This document shows positions 7,474 to 15,326 of a DNA stretch of 64,000 nt, piece after piece. Within the stretch, counting starts at the first letter, position 1, and each line of letters starts with the position of its first letter. A program made the translations under genes and the position numbers. Under the pieces are notes generated by a model. That model saw only the letters and a list, made by a program, of their open reading frames with translations, made no database searches and had not been told where the DNA came from. The stretch comes from Escherichia phage vB_EcoM_Lh1B, in sequence record OK428535.1; one strand, given 5' to 3'.

Positions 7474-9984
7474 ATGCACAAGGTCGAACGTATCATTTTN
7501 AAAGNNTTTACCGGCATGGGGTTACATGAAANNNAAANNTTTGATTTCACCCTTAANTCAACCGTTACCANCATCCTCGGTGGCAACGGCTGCGGTAAAA
7601 CAAGCCTCCTGTCTGTTTTTCTCCCCTTAGCTCCAGCAAAATCAGAATTCCGTGAAGGTGGTTCCTACACTAACTACGCGTTAGTTGGGGACGACCGTCT
7701 TAAGTTTGAAGTCCTGCGTCGTGGCTCTTCTCTGTCTTGTAGTATTTTCAATATCACTAAAGGTGTCTCCATCGTAGACTCGGTAAACGCCAAAGTTTAC
7801 AACTCCATGGTGGAGCAATTAACCGGAATCACCAAAGAAATCAAAGAGTTAATTAATGGTGAGACCTTATTAACTGACGCCACTACCGAAGTTCGTCGTA
7901 AATGGTTTACGTTAATGTCAGAATCTGATCTGACGTACGTTGTTGGTTGCTATCGACGTTTGCGTAAACTCGCTTCCAGTTTAAGTGGGGCCATTGAGCA
8001 CACCGGCCGTAAAATCGGTGAGGCAAAAATGCGCGTGGTGGACGATGAAGAAGATCGTGCACGTTTAGAAGTTCGTTTGAAAGAACTCGATGCTGAGCTT
8101 CAGGAATTAAACCGCACAATTGAAGCGAGACCCGGTTTAGATAACGCCGTTTCGGTTGATAGTATCCGGAAACGCATTGCTTCGTTGCAACCGGCTGTAA
8201 AACTCATTATGGAACGTTATGGCGTTCTGCCTTCTGACGAACTGATTAACGAGTTTCAAAGTCGTGTGGTTGCCTGGCGTGAGCAAGCTGCCTCTGCTGA
8301 AACTGAATGCAACATGTACAATAAAGAGTTGTCACAGCTACTGGATGAGGAGTCGCGTCAAGCGTATCTGATGCGCAACCATACCGGTCTAAAACAAACA
8401 ATCGACAGCTTAAAACAGGAACTGGCAACGTTCCAACAGAACTGGATGTTCCCGGCTCTGTTTGAAGGTACCCGCATTGATGTGGATAGCATTCAGAACG
8501 CGTTAAACGATGCCTGTAACTGGAATTTACCGTTGTCCATGCATCTGGACCAGTTAAAGACAACAGATCGCCTGGGAGCGTTAGAGAAGCGTTTACAGGG
8601 TATGGATTTAACCTCTGCGGGTCTATCTGAAAAGCTGCAACGTTGTGAGAATGTGCTACACGGTTTATACCACGACCGTCAACACTTCTTAGAAACTGCA
8701 GAAGTTGATTGTCCACAGTGTAACCACCGTTTCCGTCCTGGGATTCGTAAGTCGTTACCTGAAATTGAAAAGGCCATCAACGATAATGAAGGTTGGAAGA
8801 AGCAGCTGAAAGACGAAATGGATAGTCTTTTGCGTGACCGCAAAGAGATTGAAGAGGACGTCCGTAGCTTACGTACGATTCGCGAAATCGTCATGTCGTA
8901 TTCCAACCATCCTGTTGTCGGTTTGTTTTTCCGTAAACTGCAGGAGCTGGATATCTTCACCACGGCGCGGGATCGTTACGGTGCCATTGCACGTGCCTTT
9001 ACTGAAGAGCTAGATTCGGCCATGATGTATCTGCGTCAATCGGCGAAGCTTGCAACAGCGGAACGGGAATGGCAAGAGGCTGTTGCCGCAGTAGGTAACG
9101 TTGATGGTGCGCTGAGCCAGAAAATTGAACATATCCGTTCACAACTGGACGGGGCTAACCGTCGACTGATAGAATACCGCAGACAAGCCAATGAGCTGGA
9201 ACGCGAAACCACCCAACTGCAACAAACCAAAGAAGCAATCGAACGTTTCCAAAAAGGCTACGAACATCTGGTATCGGAAATGAACATCTCCGTTAACAAC
9301 GTCGTGGTTCGTGAGTTGTTAAACCGACGCGAAGCGAAGCTCGATGCGTATACTTCAGCTCGTGAACGGTTTCGTCAAATGGAAGGGGCTATTGCACGTT
9401 TAGCGGAATTGGAAAAAGAGCAAGCTGAGTTGCTCAAAGAACACCATCNNGNCNGATTGATTATCAATGCCGTCTCACCCGAAAAAGGATTATTGCGTCG
9501 TTACTTTTATGCTGCGATTACCCGCATCATGGATTTAATGAATCGGTATATCGAAATGGTGTGGGCATATCCGATGCAGGTTATTCCATGCGATCTAACC
9601 GACGGGGATTTGGATTATACTTTCCCGGTGCGATTAAAAGACCATGAAGAACTGGTGCCGGATGTGAAGAAAGGTTCGAAGGCACAGCGTATTATCTTTA
9701 ACATGATGTTTCGTTTAACGGCGTATAAAGCGCTTGGTTTACAAAACTATCCTTTGTTNTTNGATNAANCCNCNNAAGGCATGGATGAANAACANAAAAA
9801 NCGCCTGGTCAACTTCTTTAAATCGTTGGNGTTGTTGGGGGAGTTTTCTNAANTGCTGGTCGTTTCGCATGAAGCGGAAGTTCATTCTAAACTTAACGAA
9901 GCCACCTACTGTGTCGTGGAGCCAGAAGGTGTAACGCTTCCACCGGTTTATAACGAAGGGGTAATAATCAAATATGCATCATAA
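7474..9984 (+). CDS. SbcC/Rad50-like SMC-family ATPase
   Basis: Walker A GGNGCGKTS near N-terminus; long predicted coiled-coil middle with CPQC (CxxC hook-like) near residue 410; C-terminal ...LVVSHEAEV after partly n-masked Walker B/signature region. Confidence 0.75.
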   Translation: MHKVERIIXKXFTGMGLHEXXXFDFTLXSTVTXILGGNGCGKTSLLSVFLPLAPAKSEFREGGSYTNYALVGDDRLKFEVLRRGSSLSCSIFNITKGVSIVDSVNAKVYNSMVEQLTGITKEIKELINGETLLTDATTEVRRKWFTLMSESDLTYVVGCYRRLRKLASSLSGAIEHTGRKIGEAKMRVVDDEEDRARLEVRLKELDAELQELNRTIEARPGLDNAVSVDSIRKRIASLQPAVKLIMERYGVLPSDELINEFQSRVVAWREQAASAETECNMYNKELSQLLDEESRQAYLMRNHTGLKQTIDSLKQELATFQQNWMFPALFEGTRIDVDSIQNALNDACNWNLPLSMHLDQLKTTDRLGALEKRLQGMDLTSAGLSEKLQRCENVLHGLYHDRQHFLETAEVDCPQCNHRFRPGIRKSLPEIEKAINDNEGWKKQLKDEMDSLLRDRKEIEEDVRSLRTIREIVMSYSNHPVVGLFFRKLQELDIFTTARDRYGAIARAFTEELDSAMMYLRQSAKLATAEREWQEAVAAVGNVDGALSQKIEHIRSQLDGANRRLIEYRRQANELERETTQLQQTKEAIERFQKGYEHLVSEMNISVNNVVVRELLNRREAKLDAYTSARERFRQMEGAIARLAELEKEQAELLKEHHXXXLIINAVSPEKGLLRRYFYAAITRIMDLMNRYIEMVWAYPMQVIPCDLTDGDLDYTFPVRLKDHEELVPDVKKGSKAQRIIFNMMFRLTAYKALGLQNYPLXXDXXXXGMDEXXKXRLVNFFKSLXLLGEFSXXLVVSHEAEVHSKLNEATYCVVEPEGVTLPPVYNEGVIIKYAS

Positions 9985-10165
9985 AGGTTGGCGCTTATGG
10001 GCTTGGTGGGGTTTCCAGTTCCTTCAGTTTGTTGTGATGGTACTGTACCTCTCCTTTTGTGCAACCGTAGTGGTTATCGCTGCGGTCGTTTATTTAGCTG
10101 CTGCTCTTAAAGAACGTCTGTTCGACACGCGTTGTGAGTGGCGAGATATGGGGGAACGGACATGA
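9974..10165 (+). CDS. small hydrophobic membrane peptide (63 aa)
   Basis: ORF track; W-rich then TM-like VVMVLYLSFCATVVVIAAVVYLAAAL; overlaps upstream stop. Confidence 0.4.
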   Translation: MHHKGWRLWAWWGFQFLQFVVMVLYLSFCATVVVIAAVVYLAAALKERLFDTRCEWRDMGERT

Positions 10166-10266
10166 TTGAAGGTATCGTATTAACCGGTATTGCACTGTGG
10201 TTGATTCGTGGTGCCTGGGGTTGGATTATCCGCACGAAAGGATGGGCGTTCCATGGCAACACGTAA
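10162..10266 (+). CDS. tiny membrane peptide (34 aa)
   Basis: ATGA overlap with previous stop; translates MIEGIVLTGIALWLIRGAWGWIIRTKGWAFHGNT; below ORF-track size cutoff. Confidence 0.3.
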   Translation: MIEGIVLTGIALWLIRGAWGWIIRTKGWAFHGNT

Positions 10267-10444
10267 ACCACGTCGCTTAAAATCTTGGGNGGTTGTGGTA
10301 ATGCACACTGTAGTGTTGCTGGGTNTTTTCTTGTCTCGTGCCACNCCTGCCTTTTGGGGCTTAGTTGTTTTGGTGTTCTTAGAAGGGGTTTACTTCGGTA
10401 ATCTGTGGAGCAAGCCCCCCGNGTTTAAGGGACCCGGCTTATGA
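10253..10444 (+). CDS. small membrane peptide (63 aa)
   Basis: ATG 10253 within track ORF 10208-10444; MATRKPRRLKSW then hydrophobic stretch; n-masked codons. Confidence 0.3.
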   Translation: MATRKPRRLKSWXVVVMHTVVLLGXFLSRAXPAFWGLVVLVFLEGVYFGNLWSKPPXFKGPGL

Positions 10445-10572
10445 CAGTCGTGAATAGTGTCAACGCGGCGATGATTGNAACGGGTGCGTATGACGGTGCC
10501 ACATGGACAGATGTTGGTATCACGCTTATCATTTGCGCAATCGGAGCGTTTGTAGCAACATGGTTATTTTAG
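10441..10572 (+). CDS. tiny membrane peptide (43 aa)
   Basis: ATGA overlap with previous stop; ...GITLIICAIGAFVATWLF hydrophobic C-terminus. Confidence 0.3.
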   Translation: MTVVNSVNAAMIXTGAYDGATWTDVGITLIICAIGAFVATWLF

Positions 10573-10685
10573 TGAAATGGGTTGGGTGTATCGTCTGTAG
10601 CCTGATACTAGGAGCGGGCGCATACGCCCTAGGCGCAATCCTTGCATTGACGCAAGGTTGGTTTTAACAGGAGGGTAATTACGAA

Positions 10686-10964
10686 GTGGGAGAAGTATCA
10701 TGTAACAGTGAAACAGTCTCTGATCCCGTGGTCGTGGGTTCAGGGGCGGCCGAGCCAACCCGGCGTATCGTTCTTTCGAGCGCGGGGATGGCTATAGGGT
10801 CTTCAAAGAACCTTCTAGCAGACATCGCGGAAGTCTGCGGGCCGGATGATTTTGCAGTTTCACGTACAGTCGGGGAAGACTGGCGTGGTAATCAGAAGCG
10901 CCATGAGCGAATGTGGCGACGGAAGGTTACCTCAGCATCGCGACGTTTTCAACGTCGTTGCTGA
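10686..10964 (+). CDS. hypothetical protein (92 aa)
   Basis: ORF track; AGGAGG upstream; overlaps alternative ORF 10846-11166 so uncertain. Confidence 0.3.
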   Translation: MGEVSCNSETVSDPVVVGSGAAEPTRRIVLSSAGMAIGSSKNLLADIAEVCGPDDFAVSRTVGEDWRGNQKRHERMWRRKVTSASRRFQRRC

Positions 10965-11110
10965 TTATAGACACGGTTCCGATAGAGAACTGGTCTTCAC
11001 CTCTGGCGGTATACACCGCTTAAGTTTACCGGTAAACTTAAGAAAACACAAACCCAATTCTTCGTTACTCNCTTTCATCGCAGGTGAAAGCTCACTTAGG
11101 AATTCAGCTC

Positions 11111-11599
11111 ATGGCCGAAATTGTCATTCTTTCCTCATCCTCAGATTTAACGGAAGCACAAAATAAACAGCTGTTGGGGCTGCATTATAAATTTCTGAAC
11201 CACCAACGTACCATACTCCATATCGAAAAAGGTGAGATTCCGAACCTCACTCTGGAGAAACTGTTGGCGGGGAACCGTGCTTGTGTTGCTCTGGAAGGGG
11301 GTACCCCTGTTGGTTACTGTTTGTATCGCGTAATCGCTGGGGTTCTGAAGATTCGTACGATGTTCGTGTCTGAAATGGCACGCCGTCGTAAAACGATGAC
11401 GCAGATTTTTGATGCGCTTGATGTGAATGNGCAGTTCACCAGTGCGCATGGGGGAATATACGCTTGCCAGGAAGCTGGTATTGCGTTCTTTACCNCTCGC
11501 GGTTTTGACAAGACCGTCTCTACAGACGGACAATGGCTTGAATTTAAGAAGCAGGTTCTTGCGGAAGCAGATGAACCTTTAAGGACTGCGGTAGCATAG
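11111..11599 (+). CDS. possible GNAT-family acetyltransferase (weak)
   Basis: Start set to ATG 11111 (AGGAA upstream); ...GTPVGYCLYRV...MFVSEMARRRKTMTQIFDAL...ACQEAGIAFFT.RGF resembles GNAT core and C-terminal motif only loosely. Confidence 0.4.
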   Translation: MAEIVILSSSSDLTEAQNKQLLGLHYKFLNHQRTILHIEKGEIPNLTLEKLLAGNRACVALEGGTPVGYCLYRVIAGVLKIRTMFVSEMARRRKTMTQIFDALDVNXQFTSAHGGIYACQEAGIAFFTXRGFDKTVSTDGQWLEFKKQVLAEADEPLRTAVA

Positions 11600-11670
11600 T
11601 CCTGTTTTAGCACTCCTTACGATTATGCCTCACTATGAGTGGGGTATTTTTTACGCGAGGAGTGCTATTT

Positions 11671-11880
11671 ATGTTTCACCGTCCCGGGTTTTCAGCTTTA
11701 AACACCGATGTCTGTTGGGCTGAGTACGAGCGGGTGAAGGAGTTCTTACCCGTAAATCCTAAACACATCAACGTGGGTACTATCGGGCGTGTTGCGTTCG
11801 ATGACACTCCGCTGAGTACGTGTATTAAAGCTGCGCTTGGTACGCTGCCGGCGTCTATAGTGTTTGAGGAATTAAAATGA
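11671..11880 (+). CDS. hypothetical protein (69 aa)
   Basis: ATG 11671 with GCGAGGAG upstream within track ORF 11635-11880. Confidence 0.4.
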   Translation: MFHRPGFSALNTDVCWAEYERVKEFLPVNPKHINVGTIGRVAFDDTPLSTCIKAALGTLPASIVFEELK

Positions 11881-12395
11881 CGGACATTCGTGTTGACATA
11901 TATGGGGAAATTCATACCACGGCCGATCGTAATCGTGTTGAATGGGCTATCATCGATAACCATCGGAAAAAACCATACGATTTTTTACTGTGTGAAGAAC
12001 TGGGGCCGTATGAACATCACACTGCAAAAGCGCAAGATAAGGCATTAAAGGAGAAGATGTACTCTATTGGACCCATGGGGCTGGAGTTGGCTAAGAAACT
12101 CGGCATCCCTGCTATTGGGATCGATGACTGGAGCGACGCAACCTACGCTAAAGATATCAAGGATAAAAAGGGAATGGCTGTAAACTTTAGCCGTTCTTTT
12201 TATATTNGTGAAACTAAAATGGTTGCAAAAATTAAAAAGTATATGGCAAAAGGGCGTTGTGCTGTTATGCTTGGCGACTCACACTTGCGCACCACGAAAA
12301 CTAAAGAGCTTGGTGATGCGTCCCTTATCTGGGAAACGTTTAAGGATAATCCTGAAGTGAAGTTTCACAGGAGCCCTAAACGCGAGATTGATTAA
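11877..12395 (+). CDS. hypothetical protein (172 aa)
   Basis: ORF track; ATGA overlap with upstream stop. Confidence 0.6.
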   Translation: MTDIRVDIYGEIHTTADRNRVEWAIIDNHRKKPYDFLLCEELGPYEHHTAKAQDKALKEKMYSIGPMGLELAKKLGIPAIGIDDWSDATYAKDIKDKKGMAVNFSRSFYIXETKMVAKIKKYMAKGRCAVMLGDSHLRTTKTKELGDASLIWETFKDNPEVKFHRSPKREID

Positions 12396-12413
12396 ATCTA
12401 AAGGAGCATTAAA

Positions 12414-12836
12414 ATGGTTACCGCTATTCGCGAAACAAAATCACTATACGATCATTTATCAGAAGAAGAAACAGCCTTATTCTACGACCTGTTACCTGAA
12501 ACCAAAGCAAATGTTCAGTGGTGGTTACGTTTAGCGCTACGTGATAAAGTTGGGGAAACGCCGGTTAGTATTCTCGCACACACGTTGGACATGACACCCA
12601 TGATTGAAATCGCGATTACCCGCCCTAAATTCTGGCGACCTGGTATGGTGCGTGAGGCGTATCTACTCCAACGCTTAGGTGTTGACCCGGAGAAGTGTTG
12701 GCGTAAGATGGACGACCATCGCTACCGTGAAGAAATTACGAATAGCCTCAACACTATGTTGGCAATGAAACGACTCGGTATCGAANACGAAGGTTTCGAG
12801 TCTGCGGTGCAAGCGTGGGTGAGAAGGAATAGCTAA
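12414..12836 (+). CDS. hypothetical protein (140 aa)
   Basis: AAGGAGCATTAAAATG start context. Confidence 0.6.
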   Translation: MVTAIRETKSLYDHLSEEETALFYDLLPETKANVQWWLRLALRDKVGETPVSILAHTLDMTPMIEIAITRPKFWRPGMVREAYLLQRLGVDPEKCWRKMDDHRYREEITNSLNTMLAMKRLGIEXEGFESAVQAWVRRNS

Positions 12837-13085
12837 ATGCAAAAAACAATCATCGGAATAATGGTTAGTTCTTTCTGTGGTTTCCCTACCCCGCAGACAG
12901 AACCCCAATATTTGGGCGCAGGCAAACCTGATCCGGAAGTCCGTAAGTTGCGCGAAGAAGCAAAAGCCAGAGTTCTTACTGAGCTGGAATCGTTGCTTCA
13001 GTCTCCGGTTATTTCACAATGGGGTATGGCAATAGATGTCACTCGAACTGATCGACGAGGCTATTATCTCCCACGACCTGTTTAA
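12837..13085 (+). CDS. hypothetical protein (82 aa)
   Basis: ORF track; 3' end overlaps macrodomain gene start by about 50 nt, so uncertain. Confidence 0.35.
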   Translation: MQKTIIGIMVSSFCGFPTPQTEPQYLGAGKPDPEVRKLREEAKARVLTELESLLQSPVISQWGMAIDVTRTDRRGYYLPRPV

Positions 13086-13536
13086 CGCGCCTGAGCGCTT
13101 CAAGGTCGTTACAGTTAACTGTGTTGGTGCAATGGGAAGGGGCATTGCCTTGGCGTGCCGAGAACGCTTCCCATCGCTTTATAATGACTATCGCCAGAAA
13201 TGTCGTAAAGAGCAAATCGTTATCGGTGAGGTCTATTGTTATCCTGAGGAAGGGGTAATACTCCTTCCTACTAAAACCCATTTTCGCTATAAATCGCAGA
13301 TTTACTATGTCACGTCCGGCATTGATGCGCTGGCGCGACTAGGGGAAGACTTAGAAGGAGGGATTGCGATACCNCCCCTAGGGATGGCTAACGGTTGGTT
13401 ACGTTACCATGAGCGATTGGAAATCTTTATACACTTACAGAAACGACTACAGCACACGGAGCAGACTTATCGATTCTATTTACCAGACACCCTGCTGAGG
13501 GAAGCAGAGAAAATCATCCCAAAAAGTTTCAAATAG
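13036..13536 (+). CDS. macrodomain protein, TARG1/DarG-like
   Basis: DLFNAPERFKVVTVNCVGAMGRGIALACRERFP...IGEVYCYPEEGVILLPTK...GGIAI.PLGMANGWL lines up by eye with the TARG1-type block DLFxCP...C....RMGAGIA...FKKKF...GEV...TK...P.IGCG. Confidence 0.65.
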   Translation: MSLELIDEAIISHDLFNAPERFKVVTVNCVGAMGRGIALACRERFPSLYNDYRQKCRKEQIVIGEVYCYPEEGVILLPTKTHFRYKSQIYYVTSGIDALARLGEDLEGGIAIXPLGMANGWLRYHERLEIFIHLQKRLQHTEQTYRFYLPDTLLREAEKIIPKSFK

Positions 13537-13559
13537 ATATTATTATCAGGGCACATTAC
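13533..13559 (+). promoter_or_regulatory. class A upstream motif, divergent copy
   Basis: ATAGATATTATTATCAGGGCACATTAC resembles ATAGATATTATCTACAGGGAC at 22623. Confidence 0.35.
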
Positions 13560-13635
13560 AAAGGAGCACAATGCCGTCCGCGCCGTCTTCCCGGATTGGG
13601 AACGGAAAAGTATAAATCCGTTTGGAGATACATCC

Positions 13636-14358
13636 ATGTTTCNCACCATTTTATTTCTTCTGGTAGCAGTGACCACATTCAACAGCAACGCTTCTTACCA
13701 GACCACCAGTAACAAACACCAAAAAGAATTCGTCCTTATCCAGGACCAGTTCAATGAGATTAAACCTCTCATCGTCACCGCATCTCGAAAACAAGGCGTA
13801 CATGCCGGGATGCTCGCGACCACCATTTATCGTGAATCCCGTTTTAATAAAAACGTGGGTAAGAATAAATCGAGCAGTGCTAGTAGTGTTGTCCAAATGA
13901 CGACAGGCACTAAACGCTCCATGATACGTCTGTATGGGAAACAACTTAACATCCCAAAGAATGCGGACCTTAATAAACCGAAGTATGCTGTACAGCTTGC
14001 TGCCGTTTACATGAAACACATCGAGGATCATCTGACAAAACAACTCAAACGCAAGCCGAGCACAGCCGAAATCGCTTTAGGCTATCGCTTCGGTGAGGGT
14101 GCCGCTGTTGCGATGATTAAAAAGAAATCACCGGTCGGGAAACGCTGGATGGCNNGCNACNGAAAAGACGCAGCATTCTACGGTGCGAAAATGACACCAC
14201 CGAAAGNTGAAANACNNCNGNTTNNNTTTGNGNAGGNAGNCCANGNCCAACGNGTCGCCGAACTTCAGAAAATCTGGGATACGCTGTACACCAAAATATC
14301 ACCTGCGGCCGGTACATTACTGGCAAATAACACTATCATGAAAGGAGCATTGCTATGA
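13636..14358 (+). CDS. lytic transglycosylase-like protein with N-terminal hydrophobic signal/anchor
   Basis: Hydrophobic N-terminus MF.TILFLLVAVTTF; YRESRFN...SSASSVVQMT...AAVYM resembles the SLT E-S motif block; GGAGA upstream; C-terminal third n-masked. Confidence 0.55.
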   Translation: MFXTILFLLVAVTTFNSNASYQTTSNKHQKEFVLIQDQFNEIKPLIVTASRKQGVHAGMLATTIYRESRFNKNVGKNKSSSASSVVQMTTGTKRSMIRLYGKQLNIPKNADLNKPKYAVQLAAVYMKHIEDHLTKQLKRKPSTAEIALGYRFGEGAAVAMIKKKSPVGKRWMXXXXKDAAFYGAKMTPPKXEXXXXXFXXXXXXQXVAELQKIWDTLYTKISPAAGTLLANNTIMKGALL

Positions 14359-14948
14359 CACTCGTAACACGCCCCTGGTATCCAGGTCTTAAAACAGCCG
14401 NACAAATCACCGCCAAAGACGTTTACGAACTGATTCGCGCGGGTGCGGAACACGTTCAAACCAATCCGAACTACGTTGAGCGTCCTATCGGTGAAGTCGA
14501 TGGGGAAGCTGTCGAAGCACCTGTCTACGTTGAGTACGGCGAATGGTTCGCAGAGAACCACGGTTTCTACGACGCGTTAAACGCGGCGTTTGGTGATGAC
14601 GAAGACGAAGGTATCGAATTCGACTGGAACGTTAATCTGGCGCTGATGTGGATTTGTGGTTTACGTCCAGCAATTAACGAAACCGAAGCAGGCTTCGTGC
14701 TGACGTGGCGACAGTCGGCGGGTTACGATAAAGAACTCGACTTCAAACAGGCGTATATGGATGTGTCGATTGCACTGCAGAAACTGTTCTTCGGCGATCG
14801 TGCTTTCTGCCAGCTCAGCTGGTTGACCATCCTGGAAAAACTGGCAACGTGCCACAAACTGTGGCGAGCAGAAGATGCCCCAGAACATCTTTTCGTGCTC
14901 GAATATGCAGTGGTACCGAACCAGCCGTTCTTTGAGGCCGAAGCGTAA
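14355..14948 (+). CDS. hypothetical protein (197 aa)
   Basis: ATGA overlap with upstream stop; followed by terminator. Confidence 0.65.
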   Translation: MTLVTRPWYPGLKTAXQITAKDVYELIRAGAEHVQTNPNYVERPIGEVDGEAVEAPVYVEYGEWFAENHGFYDALNAAFGDDEDEGIEFDWNVNLALMWICGLRPAINETEAGFVLTWRQSAGYDKELDFKQAYMDVSIALQKLFFGDRAFCQLSWLTILEKLATCHKLWRAEDAPEHLFVLEYAVVPNQPFFEAEA

Positions 14949-14953
14949 TTAAC

Positions 14954-14987
14954 GGTCAGACCTTCGGGTCTGACCNCCTTTTATTTA
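14954..14987 (+). terminator. intrinsic terminator
   Basis: GGTCAGACC-TTCG-GGTCTGACC hairpin followed by CCTTTTATTT. Confidence 0.75.
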
Positions 14988-14999
14988 ATTCTTGGGTGT

Positions 15000-15266
15000 G
15001 TGTTCGTGAAACGTTTAATAAATATTCTCTACTGGATGGAGAAACGCTATAGCCACAACATTCCGATGATGTATAGTTTGTTATTCTCTACGGTAATGTT
15101 GGTGATCGGTGCGATTGTCGCGCATCTGATGGAACTCACGTCTCCATGGGCGCAACTCTTTCTTACCATCTGGATGTTGTTCTCAGGCTACCACATACGT
15201 GGTTTCATAACCCGATTCTTTCGCTGGCGTAGTACCTGGCACGTCTTTAATTCCGACCGTAACTAG
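15000..15266 (+). CDS. small membrane protein (start uncertain)
   Basis: Two hydrophobic helices (LLFSTVMLVIGAIVAHL; LFLTIWMLFSGY); GTG start in track, alternative internal ATG. Confidence 0.4.
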   Translation: MFVKRLINILYWMEKRYSHNIPMMYSLLFSTVMLVIGAIVAHLMELTSPWAQLFLTIWMLFSGYHIRGFITRFFRWRSTWHVFNSDRN

Positions 15267-15326
15267 TTTTTTACAGCAGTAACTAATCATCTGAAAATAC
15301 CATTGACTTTTATAAGGACTATTAAC

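Noticed and set aside
13560-13604. 14-codon ORF (MPSAPSSRIGNGKV) with a strong AAGGAG site in the leader of the transglycosylase-like gene
   Set aside because: Too short to support as a gene from sequence alone; could be a leader peptide but no further evidence.
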